A stretch of 64,000 nt of DNA from a virus: IMG/VR virus record IMGVR_UViG_3300019762_000001, positions 1 through 64,000 of that record. One strand, 5' to 3'. The notes below the pieces were generated by a model, which saw nothing but the letters and a program-made list of their open reading frames with translations, did no database searches and was not told where the DNA came from. The first letter of the stretch is position 1; every line of letters begins with the position of its first letter. Positions 26,238 through 35,715 of the stretch are shown piece by piece. Made by a program: the position numbers and the translations under genes.

Positions 26238-27236
26238 TTAATCCTCCGTTTCTTTAAGTAGGTTAGTTAATGTCCTTACCTTAGTTTTACTTTTTACTTT
26301 CTGAGCTTTGCAGTATGCACTTCCAACCTTAGCCCTATCCTGTGGGTTTTTGATTTGTATCTCTGTCTTTCTCTCAATGGTTTTAGGGGTAGGAACCATA
26401 GTCCAATAATTATAATCATCCTCTGGTTCTTCTCCCTCTTTATAGTATTTAAAGGTAGGTGATTCATATGGTTGAAATCTCATTGACCCATCATTATAAG
26501 CTACCCAGTACCCCATCTGACAACCAGCATCACTTCTTCGTTGTTGATCCGGTGACCCAACCATGTATAGGTTTTTTCCCAATTGTTGTGGCTTATGTAT
26601 ATGACCAGCTGCAACTATATCGAATTTCTTAAATACCATTCTCATTTGACGGTTGATGTTCTCGGTAGAACCCACCTCCCTACCAGAAGGATCCTTTGCT
26701 CCATAAAGGTCTGTGTGAATTAATAGGATGTTTACTTTATCCTTATCTAATTTCAGGCCCTTTACATAGTCTACGAATCCAACGTTATGGTCTATGTATG
26801 GTAACCCATATACCACCATATTCTGGTTCTTAAATTCCTTTGATTTAAAGTCAAGGTTATGGAATAGGTTAGGAAATAGTATAGAATTAACATTCCATAA
26901 TGATGGTGATCTTTTGTTTGGGTTTGGGCTATTTATTTCGGGTTGGTCATGGTTACCAGAAATACCCCAGATAGAAAATAGTTTGTTTTCTATATTAGAT
27001 TCCATCTCCTTTAGCCTTGGCATTACATGCTCCATTAACTTTGTAGTTAAATGTTCTGGGGTATGCCAAAAATCTCCAGTATGTAGGATAGGTATCTTAT
27101 ATCTTGCTGATAGGGCTAAGACAGTTTCTAAAAACTGAAGAGTTACTTCGGTTCTCCTAAAGTCCATGTTAAACTGATTCCAGTTATTTAGGTGGACGTC
27201 TCCGATAAGTATCCCTATTCTTTTTAATTTACCCAC
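26238..27236 (-). CDS. SbcD/Mre11-like (gp47) nuclease
   Basis: DVH, GDFWH, GNHD, GHIH metallophosphoesterase motifs. Confidence 0.95.
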   Translation of the reverse strand: MGKLKRIGILIGDVHLNNWNQFNMDFRRTEVTLQFLETVLALSARYKIPILHTGDFWHTPEHLTTKLMEHVMPRLKEMESNIENKLFSIWGISGNHDQPEINSPNPNKRSPSLWNVNSILFPNLFHNLDFKSKEFKNQNMVVYGLPYIDHNVGFVDYVKGLKLDKDKVNILLIHTDLYGAKDPSGREVGSTENINRQMRMVFKKFDIVAAGHIHKPQQLGKNLYMVGSPDQQRRSDAGCQMGYWVAYNDGSMRFQPYESPTFKYYKEGEEPEDDYNYWTMVPTPKTIERKTEIQIKNPQDRAKVGSAYCKAQKVKSKTKVRTLTNLLKETED

Positions 27237-28137
27237 GGCTTATCTTTTTAAAGTTTTCTTTAAAGTCTTTATTCTTAGTAAATAAGCTGATATTGTACTC
27301 AGCTGCAATATCTAATACTGTTGGCCAGTCGAACTTTGGCCTCCTGCAGGCAAATGGTACTTTCTTACCCTTTTGGAATTTGTTGTAGAAATGTTCTAAG
27401 TCGATAAGCTTATAGTGTAGGTCTTTTATCTCCTTAAGTTTTTCCCTATCTACTCTAGGAAATTTCTCTGTGGCATCGGGGTGGATATACCTATCTATAC
27501 TGTCCCATTCGCTAAGAAACTCTATTGCAGTCTTTTCTCCACAACCCGGTAATCCAGGTATCTTATCAGACTTGTCTCCAAGTAGAGTTAGATAATCCAC
27601 TGTTTGCTCAGCTCGGTACCCATAATGCCTAAGTATGGTTTTATGGGTGATCTTAGCCTGTTTACTTGGGTGGTAAATAGTGATGTCCTTGTGAATTAGC
27701 ATTTGATTAAAATCCTTATCCCCAGATACTATGATAACTTTGTACCCCTTATGGATATGCCGTATGGCTAAGGCATAGATTAAATCATCTGCTTCCCCAT
27801 TTGGGTCACTCGCAACGGGTATACCAAGTGCAACCATTAATCTTTGTACAGTAAACTTTTGATTTTGGAAGTCCTCATAATCAAAGTCTACCCTAGCATT
27901 ATGGGATCTATCTCTATACCCATCTAATAAATTCTTTCTGTACTCATGGCTGTGGCCATCGAATGCAGTGATTATTTTGGTTGGTTCAAATTTATTAACC
28001 ATTGATTGTAATACAAGGGGAAAACCATAGATGCAAGCACTACCTTTACCATCCATTGATTTAAAACCCTTGAACTTATGGTAGGACCTGTGTAACAGGT
28101 GATTCCCATCCATAAGTAAAAGTGTTTTGTTTTTCAT
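27229..28137 (-). CDS. 5'-3' (flap) exonuclease
   Basis: LMDGN, EADD, SGDKDF, LLGDKSDKIPGLPGCGEKTA. Confidence 0.95.
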   Translation of the reverse strand: MKNKTLLLMDGNHLLHRSYHKFKGFKSMDGKGSACIYGFPLVLQSMVNKFEPTKIITAFDGHSHEYRKNLLDGYRDRSHNARVDFDYEDFQNQKFTVQRLMVALGIPVASDPNGEADDLIYALAIRHIHKGYKVIIVSGDKDFNQMLIHKDITIYHPSKQAKITHKTILRHYGYRAEQTVDYLTLLGDKSDKIPGLPGCGEKTAIEFLSEWDSIDRYIHPDATEKFPRVDREKLKEIKDLHYKLIDLEHFYNKFQKGKKVPFACRRPKFDWPTVLDIAAEYNISLFTKNKDFKENFKKISRG

Positions 28138-28138
28138 G

Positions 28139-29269
28139 TTATTCCTTTTTAGCTAACTCAACCACCTTATTAGTGATTGGGTAAAGGTTACCTTCTAGTT
28201 TTTCTATTACTCGTTTAGTTTTGGATATAGTATTTATACCCGCCTTTCTGAGTAGTAGTTTCCTTAAACCCTGGTCTGTTGCGAGCACTTCTAGTAGTTC
28301 ATCTTTACTCGTTGCAATTACTTTCTTCTTAAAGTAAATCTTTCTCGCTGTAGCAGATTCTTTTGTTAAAACCCCCTCCTTAAATAAGATCTCTTCCAGG
28401 CCTAAGTATTTATCAAATCCAATTTTATAACCCTCATGGAAGTATACCTCGGTTTTGAAGGTTGGTTTGGGAGCAGCAACCTTATTTTTTTTAATTCTAA
28501 CAGAAACGTTTCTACCTACCCTTTCCTCGAAGCCATGGATCTTCTTTTTAATTTGCTTACCCCCATAAACTCCCACTCTTTGAGAAGCAAAGAATTTCAT
28601 AGCGGCCCCACCTGGGGTTGCATCCGGATCTTCCCATTGGGTTGCTCCTACTTTTTTACGTAGTTGATTAATGAAGATAGATGTGATACCAAGTTCAGCA
28701 AAGAGTTGGTTTCGGATTCTAAGGAATTTGTATATTGCCTTAGCTCTGTTACCCATCTCCGCTTTTGCTTCGGTTTGTTCTGAATTGATATTGGCCAGGC
28801 AGTCCAAAGCTGCAACTGAATCAAGTACGAATAGTATCGGTTCATTATTGGTTAGTTTAGACCTCCAGTATAGGGCCATATCAGCAGCCCAGTCAGAGAT
28901 TGGTTCTACAGCAGTTTGATTCCATACTACAAGTTGATCCATGTTTAAGCCATTCTTCTCCATCCAGAATCTATCGAATGCCTGCTCAGCATCTTCCCAT
29001 ATAACCATACCACCAAGCTTTTGACAGCAATATGCAAAGTCAATAGCGGTAAGGGATTTACCTGAGGATTCTTCTCCGAAAAGTTCCAGGATTTTACCAA
29101 AAGGAATGCCCCCACCTAATGTATAGTTGAGGGCCATATTCCTGGATGGTAACCATGGCAGGTTTTCGGGTAGAAGAGATATCTCACTTGCAATACCGAA
29201 TCCAGGATATTTTTTCTTAAGATCCTTATCACTCAGTACTTTTGTTTTCGATTTCTTTTCTTTAGCCAT
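28139..29269 (-). CDS. recA: RecA/UvsX recombinase
   Basis: GEESSGKS, DSVAAL, IFINQLR, TPGGAAMKF, KNKVAAP. Confidence 0.95.
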   Translation of the reverse strand: MAKEKKSKTKVLSDKDLKKKYPGFGIASEISLLPENLPWLPSRNMALNYTLGGGIPFGKILELFGEESSGKSLTAIDFAYCCQKLGGMVIWEDAEQAFDRFWMEKNGLNMDQLVVWNQTAVEPISDWAADMALYWRSKLTNNEPILFVLDSVAALDCLANINSEQTEAKAEMGNRAKAIYKFLRIRNQLFAELGITSIFINQLRKKVGATQWEDPDATPGGAAMKFFASQRVGVYGGKQIKKKIHGFEERVGRNVSVRIKKNKVAAPKPTFKTEVYFHEGYKIGFDKYLGLEEILFKEGVLTKESATARKIYFKKKVIATSKDELLEVLATDQGLRKLLLRKAGINTISKTKRVIEKLEGNLYPITNKVVELAKKE

Positions 29270-29280
29270 GTTGAGTTATT

Positions 29281-30090
29281 TTAGAATGGTAAATCATCTT
29301 CTGCTACTTCCGACTTAGACTTCTTCTTTTTAGTCTTTACGCTTTTTTTTACCGGCTTCTTCTTCTTTGAAGATTTATCCTCCTTAGCACTGGACTTTTT
29401 CTTCTTTTTCTTCTTAGGCTCATCATCTGAAGAGTCAATACCCAAGAATTGATTAAGTTTCTCTTCAGCAGTTTCATAAGAAGGAACTATCCCCTGAATT
29501 AGCTTTGTAAGGTTTATCGGTTTATGATATGCCTTATCCTTTATTTTGGTTTTAGGGCAAGGGCTCATAGAATACTCAGTGTCGAATTGTCCAGAGCCTT
29601 TACGGGTAAGTTTGATGTCATACCCATCTTTAGGATCAGTCATATCTCCCCAATCATCCTCATCCAACCAATGGTCAATTAGGTCATTGTAAAGAGAGGG
29701 AGTAACCTGTACAAGAGTGATCCCCTTTTCTTTATCAATCTCTTTACCTTTCTGATCCTTGTAGATAATACAAGGCATAAGGTACTTGGTTTTTGGCTTC
29801 AAAGATTTTGCTAATTCCTTATCGTCATCATCATCCGACTCCATTAGCTCTCTGTACTTATCCTGTAGAGGGCATTCGTTACCAAAGGTAGATTGTGAGA
29901 ATACCCCTTTGATCTCTGCTCCCAGGTAGAACTGTACTACTTCCTGAGCAAATTCTTCTTCTCCCTCTAAGGGTAGGATACGGACTCTCATTGTGCCCTC
30001 TTTGATGTACGTAATATTACTTGAGCCTCCCTTTGACTCTAGTTTCTTCTTACGTTTTAGCATTTTTTCTTTTAAAGATTCTTTAGCCAT
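29281..30090 (-). CDS. single-stranded DNA-binding protein (gp32-like)
   Basis: VRILP, CPL, GDMTDPKDGYDIKLTRKG, acidic DDLPF end. Confidence 0.85.
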   Translation of the reverse strand: MAKESLKEKMLKRKKKLESKGGSSNITYIKEGTMRVRILPLEGEEEFAQEVVQFYLGAEIKGVFSQSTFGNECPLQDKYRELMESDDDDDKELAKSLKPKTKYLMPCIIYKDQKGKEIDKEKGITLVQVTPSLYNDLIDHWLDEDDWGDMTDPKDGYDIKLTRKGSGQFDTEYSMSPCPKTKIKDKAYHKPINLTKLIQGIVPSYETAEEKLNQFLGIDSSDDEPKKKKKKKSSAKEDKSSKKKKPVKKSVKTKKKKSKSEVAEDDLPF

Positions 30091-30109
30091 TGTATTATAG
30101 TATTAGTGA

Positions 30110-30574
30110 TTAAACTTGTTTTCTGACATTAGCGGATATAGTTTGAATTAAATCCTTTCTTTGTTCGAAGGATTTTAAGCAAGTGTATAGAATACCGGTT
30201 TGATATTTTAACTCATCTAATTCCTGCAGCTTACTTTGATATTCTTCATTCAGTTCTGCTTCTGCTTCAGCCAATTCTTTTGGCTTAGTCCTGAGGGTAA
30301 GGGGGTCCGCCACCCCCTTAGCCCTGACTAAAGCTAATGACCTCAATCTATCGACTTCTCGTTGAACCTCAGCTCGTAGCCGAGTTAGTTTCTGGTGAAC
30401 CATGCCCAAATAGCCATAGAGTAAGGGCTGCTCTAACGATTCATCGGTTAGATTGTTTTCATTAACTACTAACTCATCAAAAAGATTGAACCGAATAATC
30501 TCTTTTCCGAGTTTGATTTTTATGCGGTTTAGCTTAGAGCCTCTAGCTAACTCTAGTAATTTCTTTTTTCCCAT
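30110..30574 (-). CDS. UvsY-like recombination mediator (coiled coil)
   Basis: helical, position next to SSB/RecA, 'SFEQRKDLIQTISAN' end; start MGKKK. Confidence 0.6.
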   Translation of the reverse strand: MGKKKLLELARGSKLNRIKIKLGKEIIRFNLFDELVVNENNLTDESLEQPLLYGYLGMVHQKLTRLRAEVQREVDRLRSLALVRAKGVADPLTLRTKPKELAEAEAELNEEYQSKLQELDELKYQTGILYTCLKSFEQRKDLIQTISANVRKQV

Positions 30575-30616
30575 TGTGTAGCATTTATTATACAATAGTA
30601 CTTTGGTGAAATAGTA

Positions 30617-31249
30617 TTATTCTGCTAGGATAAACTTCTTAGCCAACTCAGCCCTGTCCTGTGGATCATCCGACCAAGTGTCAATTACTAAGACCTTAGG
30701 ACCACATTCAGTGGTACCCTGCAGCTCAGTTAAGTAATACTCGAATACTCGATCTACCATACGCTGATAGTAGAGGTTAGCTACTCGAGAATTATTAACC
30801 TCAATATCTGGGCATACAGATTTAACGTAGATAAGATGAGTTAAATTCTCGAAAGCCTCTAAAGCTTCTTCAAAGAACTTCTCAAACTCTTTTTCTGTAA
30901 AATTATGCCCGCATTGTAATGAAGCATAAGTTAGGTTATCTACCGGGCTTCTATCCAAGATCATTTGGTCAGCCCCATAAGATAATATATTAGCCCTAGC
31001 CTCCAGTGCATACTGCTGAAAGGTTTTACCAAATTCGGGGTTAGCATTAGATAGGTTAATCACGTTTTGATGCCCCATGTTCTTATACCCGAACTCAGCT
31101 AAGTGTTCTTTTTGTTGGTCTGTAAAGATTAACCCAACAGATGATGGTATAAATCTCAAATGTAACTGTTCTGATAATAGGTTACATAATGTGGTTTTGC
31201 CCGAACCCGATGGTCCACAGCATGCGACTTTAATGTTCTTTGCATCCAT
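30617..31249 (-). CDS. P-loop nucleotide (dNMP) kinase
   Basis: GPSGSGKTT, DRSPVD. Confidence 0.8.
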   Translation of the reverse strand: MDAKNIKVACCGPSGSGKTTLCNLLSEQLHLRFIPSSVGLIFTDQQKEHLAEFGYKNMGHQNVINLSNANPEFGKTFQQYALEARANILSYGADQMILDRSPVDNLTYASLQCGHNFTEKEFEKFFEEALEAFENLTHLIYVKSVCPDIEVNNSRVANLYYQRMVDRVFEYYLTELQGTTECGPKVLVIDTWSDDPQDRAELAKKFILAE

Positions 31250-31269
31250 TTGTAATGTAGTTTTAGTGT

Positions 31270-33495
31270 TTAGTCATAATCTTCTACTTGAGTGTCACCG
31301 TATAGTTCCATCTCCCATTTCTTAGCTAGCTCAACGTAATCAGTTTTAGGATCATAGTCGTGGTAATTACCCCACGTTGGACCCAACTCGCAACTAACTT
31401 TCATGTTAACATGCTTAGCCTGAAATCCAAACCATTTCTTAGTTTGGGGGTTAGCACATATATCAATCATGGGAGGTACTATCTTATGAACATCTTTTGG
31501 TTTTATATAAAATCCTAAAGAGTCATGAACAGTATAGCACTGTTGGAAATACTCTGGGAAATACCCCTGTAGTCTTTTTTCTCTTACTAAGATACTCGAG
31601 AATTGAGTGTAATCTGAAGAGGTTCCCTGAATGGGAGCATTCACTGATTGTCTCTCAGCCTCTGATCTTATCCCTATTACGTTAGAGTATATATTTGGTA
31701 GCCTTCTTTTTCTACCAAAGTATGTTCTTACATAGCCATCTCTGGCAGCTTTCTTGTGTTGGTTCTTAATCCATTTCTCAACCTTTGGGTAAGCAGCATA
31801 CCAATCCCGTTTGAACTGACCGGCTTCATCTGCAGTACATCCAATTGTCTCTGCTAGCATTGGATCTGATTGGCCATATAGGATACCGAACCCAATAGTC
31901 TTAGCTCTTTTCTTACGCTTAGTCCAATAGATATGTTCTGGATGTGATTCATCCTTGGTTATCTCATATACCTCCTCGTATTTTTTGTAAAGCTCATCTC
32001 CCTTTAAATGGGGGAACTCAGCTCTGGTGGCAGTATAAACGTGTAATGAAAGCCCAGATCTAAATGCTTCTATTAGATTCTCATCTTTAGACATCTCAGC
32101 TACCACTCTCATCTCAGCCTGTGAGTAGTCAAACTCTATCATAAGCATACCCCTAGGTGGCCTGAACATGGGTTTAATATCAGAATTTGTTGTAGCCCTT
32201 GGGATATTCTGAAGGTTAGGTTCTACCGAGGATAATCTCCCAGTTACCGTTCCAAAGATTTTATATGAAGTATGGAGTCGGTTATCTTCTCCAAGTATCT
32301 CATACATACCTTTGATGTTAGTGGAGTATAGTTTGGATAATCCCCTATGTTCTAGCATCCTTGCCACAAACCCATCTTTGTCTTCCCCAGATTTACGTAT
32401 CTTAAGCAGAGCCGATTCAGCTGTGGATACTACCCATTCCTTCTTCTTATTCTTCTCCTTAACCTCAGTAAATCTAAAACCATGTTTGTTGTAGTATAGA
32501 AGTTCTTTTAGTTGGGTTGAACTACTCAAATTCAGGTTTGCTATTGCATTTCTTTCCTTATTCGTAGTAAACTCTCCAGCTATATACTTGCTAACTTTAT
32601 CTTCTCTAGTTTTGATCTTTCTAGAGTTATCTATACTATCATCCTCTTTCTCTTCTTTTTTAAGAGCCTTGATTTCCTTCTTGGTATCCTTAATGAGTTT
32701 CTTTTTGGCCTTCTCAACCTTCTTAAGGTTATACTTCTGAATTACCTTCATCTCATATAACCCCTTTTCAGATTCCTCAATCTTTTTACCATATACTTCT
32801 ACCAAGTTCTTAAGGTATGGCCTATCTACAATCATACCCGTATACTCGGACTCTGATAGAACTCGTAGGTTCATCATCAGAAGGTTCCTGAATAACGGGT
32901 AGAAGCCAAGGCTCATTAGCTTTGGTTCAAAGAATAGCCATAATCTAAGAGTAGAGTCACAGTCCTTTGCACAGTACTTAGATAAGCCCTCAAGTGGTTT
33001 TTTATTCCAAGGTAATTTGCTCCCCTCGTAATCTTCATAGCCATCAAATTCTGGTATAAACCTACCAACCTGCTCTTTCAAACCATGGGGTCTTTCCTCA
33101 TCTAATAGGTATTTTGCTAGGATAGTATCAAACCAATATCCTTTTGGAATAATGCCATACCTCTTAAACCATTTCATTTCAAAAGAGGCATTGTGGGCTA
33201 TCTTGACTATATTTGGATCTGCCATTACCTCTCTTCCAAATTTCTGTAGTAGTTTTATCCACTTATCGGATTTTTTGAATGGCGAATCGAAATGACCTAA
33301 AGGTAATACCCAACCAGATCCAGGTTGGAAACTACAACCCAATACTGTGGGATATCCCCCTGGATCACAGAAGGCTCCATCATCATCCCGGGTGGTAGTT
33401 TCGAAATCGACAGAAGCATAACCGGTCATCTTGCAATAACGGATAAGCTTATCCAGCTCTTTCTCTTTGGTTATTATTTTGTAGATTGATTTCAT
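31270..33495 (-). CDS. polA: family A DNA polymerase with 3'-5' exonuclease
   Basis: VDFET, HNASFE, TGRLSS.EPNLQNIP, DYSQAEMR, RAKTIGFGILYG, NAPIQG, VHDS. Confidence 0.97.
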   Translation of the reverse strand: MKSIYKIITKEKELDKLIRYCKMTGYASVDFETTTRDDDGAFCDPGGYPTVLGCSFQPGSGWVLPLGHFDSPFKKSDKWIKLLQKFGREVMADPNIVKIAHNASFEMKWFKRYGIIPKGYWFDTILAKYLLDEERPHGLKEQVGRFIPEFDGYEDYEGSKLPWNKKPLEGLSKYCAKDCDSTLRLWLFFEPKLMSLGFYPLFRNLLMMNLRVLSESEYTGMIVDRPYLKNLVEVYGKKIEESEKGLYEMKVIQKYNLKKVEKAKKKLIKDTKKEIKALKKEEKEDDSIDNSRKIKTREDKVSKYIAGEFTTNKERNAIANLNLSSSTQLKELLYYNKHGFRFTEVKEKNKKKEWVVSTAESALLKIRKSGEDKDGFVARMLEHRGLSKLYSTNIKGMYEILGEDNRLHTSYKIFGTVTGRLSSVEPNLQNIPRATTNSDIKPMFRPPRGMLMIEFDYSQAEMRVVAEMSKDENLIEAFRSGLSLHVYTATRAEFPHLKGDELYKKYEEVYEITKDESHPEHIYWTKRKKRAKTIGFGILYGQSDPMLAETIGCTADEAGQFKRDWYAAYPKVEKWIKNQHKKAARDGYVRTYFGRKRRLPNIYSNVIGIRSEAERQSVNAPIQGTSSDYTQFSSILVREKRLQGYFPEYFQQCYTVHDSLGFYIKPKDVHKIVPPMIDICANPQTKKWFGFQAKHVNMKVSCELGPTWGNYHDYDPKTDYVELAKKWEMELYGDTQVEDYD

Positions 33496-33791
33496 TTATT
33501 TCCATTCTTTATCCGTTCGGTGAATAGGGTGAGCTTATCTCTGTGCTCTCTTTTCCTAGCCTGTTTCTCTAGAGGTTTATCAAATACATGCTCTTCTAGA
33601 ACTGTTAGGTATATCCTAACCTGAGCCATTTCGGCTTGCAGGTTAGGATCTTGGAAGTCTTTATTATCATTTAAGCCCTTTGCTAAGCATTGTGTAAGCT
33701 CAGCCATTTCCTCTATGAGTTTTGGTATAAAATATTTCTTACCCCTCAGCTTAACATAGGACTTAAGTATTTTAACATCAGCCTTGTTCAT
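33492..33791 (-). CDS. MazG-like NTP pyrophosphohydrolase (small)
   Basis: KLIEEMAELTQ...AEMAQV. Confidence 0.7.
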   Translation of the reverse strand: MNKADVKILKSYVKLRGKKYFIPKLIEEMAELTQCLAKGLNDNKDFQDPNLQAEMAQVRIYLTVLEEHVFDKPLEKQARKREHRDKLTLFTERIKNGNK

Positions 33792-34506
33792 ATAGTTGGT
33801 CTATGCAGGTTTTTAATCCCTCCCAATCTCTCCGGTAAGAGTGAAGTGAGGCAATGTTGTGATATAGGAAGCCAGGTTCAACTCCTACCATTTCAGCCAC
33901 GTATTCCATTAGCTCCCATGCTAACCAAATATCATTTCCGAAGTGTAGGAATACATCAGCAGATCTTTGTGAGTAGATAATGTGCATTTTACCATTTCGT
34001 ATGATAAACTGATAGCCCAGTGTACAAGGTACTCTCTTCTTACCCCCGATAAAGCTTGGATCTCTAGGGTGGAATACTGGTAAATAGCATTGCCTAGAGT
34101 CACCGTGAACCCTTAGTTCATCGATTATCTTTTCCAAGTTATGGTATCTGTTTAACCTTTCATTGTAGGTATAACAAAATTCACCAGCTTTGCTAAGGAA
34201 TGGTTCCCAAGTATCTTTCCTAATTAACCAAGCCTTTCCCGGGTTAACCCAGCTACGAGATATTCTCTCAGAGAATTCTGATTTACACCAGTAAAAGTTT
34301 TGCTTTGGGTTAGATATAAATAGGTTCTCCTGGTCAGCTCTACTGGTTAAGCAGTAACTGTAGTTAAGGAGCTCCTTTGTTTGGAACTCCTCGTTATCAG
34401 CTACTCTCTGGTTTTGCATTGTCTGGGGATGAACTATTGTACCTTGTTCAGATACATCTCTCATTATCTCAGATAACAATTCTCGACAGTTACTAAATAT
34501 CCTCAT
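33778..34506 (-). CDS. thymidylate-synthase-fold enzyme, dCMP hydroxymethylase/methylase type
   Basis: DSRQ, VPCT catalytic Cys, QRSADVFLHFGND, SLHSY. Confidence 0.85.
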   Translation of the reverse strand: MRIFSNCRELLSEIMRDVSEQGTIVHPQTMQNQRVADNEEFQTKELLNYSYCLTSRADQENLFISNPKQNFYWCKSEFSERISRSWVNPGKAWLIRKDTWEPFLSKAGEFCYTYNERLNRYHNLEKIIDELRVHGDSRQCYLPVFHPRDPSFIGGKKRVPCTLGYQFIIRNGKMHIIYSQRSADVFLHFGNDIWLAWELMEYVAEMVGVEPGFLYHNIASLHSYRRDWEGLKTCIDQLYEQG

Positions 34507-34805
34507 TATTTCTTAGGGTTAAGTACGTAAATGATATCAGTGTAGTCAGTGATATCAAAATTCTCAATAGCAGTTAAATTGCTATCGGAGCTAATCTTCA
34601 TATCAAATGGGAAAGCTGTAACAGAGTTCTCATGATACATAACTCTAGTACCTTCATGGTAGTTTTCGGGTACATCCTCTCCAACCTGTACAATAGTACC
34701 CCATTTAGACTTAGTTACATCTCCCTGAGCTTTTATTTCATCAGCTTTGATTATTACTCTTTTGCCCTGTATGGCTCCGTCCTTAATACTGTCTAATTTT
34801 TGCAT
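34506..34805 (-). CDS. GroES/Cpn10-like co-chaperonin
   Basis: GKRVIIK...GTIVQVG...EGTRVMY...DII pattern, 99 aa. Confidence 0.7.
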   Translation of the reverse strand: MQKLDSIKDGAIQGKRVIIKADEIKAQGDVTKSKWGTIVQVGEDVPENYHEGTRVMYHENSVTAFPFDMKISSDSNLTAIENFDITDYTDIIYVLNPKK

Positions 34806-34842
34806 GTTCTATAGTTTATGTGTTTAAAATAGTGAATAGTAC

Positions 34843-35712
34843 TTACTTTCCTAGTTTTTTATTATACTCCCGTTTGAAAGCCCTACGCTTAGATGGGGAG
34901 ATACAGTCCTCTGGATATGGTATACTCTCTTTATATAACTTTAGATCTTTTACTAGAAGTGGTTTTCTTCCAGAGATCTTTTCCCCCTTATCATTTTCTT
35001 GTAGTTGATTAACACTTCTCAAGTGCACCTTGTACCTAATAGTTTTTGGGTCCACGGTTTTAAAGTAGTGTAAAGTTTCCAAGATCTTTTTCTCGAATTT
35101 GGTTGGGTTCTTTTTCTTTCGGAATAATCTGTCTATACTCTTGTGGTTATCATACATCACAAATGACTCAGCAACTAGGTATATGTTAGGACAAAACATT
35201 TCCAATGATACGCTTTGATCAATCCCATATACATATTCAGCTATCCTCTGTACTAAGAGGAAATCGAATAGTAACCTCTTAGTTACTTCTGAAGATCTCA
35301 GGGTCATGTATAATACAGGTACATCCCTATCCACTCTTCGAGAGAATGTCAAGGTTAATAAGCACCCCTTACCAGAACCATGGGAGTTGTCAAACAAGTA
35401 ACTGATATTGTAGTTAGTTGCTCTCTTTTTCTCCCTGGCTAGTATCTGAGATTTGATTAGGTCAAGATAATCTAAGTGGAGGTAGTTATTTATTAACTTA
35501 GTCCACTTAGCTGTAGTATACCCAAATGTAGAACCAAAGTCAAATTCAGGATCTACCCAGACCTTATTAATTTTGATGTAATGGTTATAGGCAATAATCT
35601 CTGGCCCATACAGTGAGCCTCCAGTTTCCATTACCTCATCAGATTTAAGGGCTAAGTATTCATTAATACCCTCCCAGGCTTCCTGAGTGTTTGAAAATTC
35701 TAGTTCTTTCAT
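34843..35712 (-). CDS. divergent second thymidylate-synthase-fold protein
   Basis: GCLLTLTF...LYMTLRSSEVTKRLLFDF parallels PC...QRSxD...ND. Confidence 0.65.
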   Translation of the reverse strand: MKELEFSNTQEAWEGINEYLALKSDEVMETGGSLYGPEIIAYNHYIKINKVWVDPEFDFGSTFGYTTAKWTKLINNYLHLDYLDLIKSQILAREKKRATNYNISYLFDNSHGSGKGCLLTLTFSRRVDRDVPVLYMTLRSSEVTKRLLFDFLLVQRIAEYVYGIDQSVSLEMFCPNIYLVAESFVMYDNHKSIDRLFRKKKNPTKFEKKILETLHYFKTVDPKTIRYKVHLRSVNQLQENDKGEKISGRKPLLVKDLKLYKESIPYPEDCISPSKRRAFKREYNKKLGK

Positions 35713-35715
35713 CGA

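Noticed and set aside
31270-33495. Intein or intron in PolA (Lys-rich insert in the thumb region)
   Set aside because: No intein terminal motifs or homing nuclease; ORF is continuous and of normal size.
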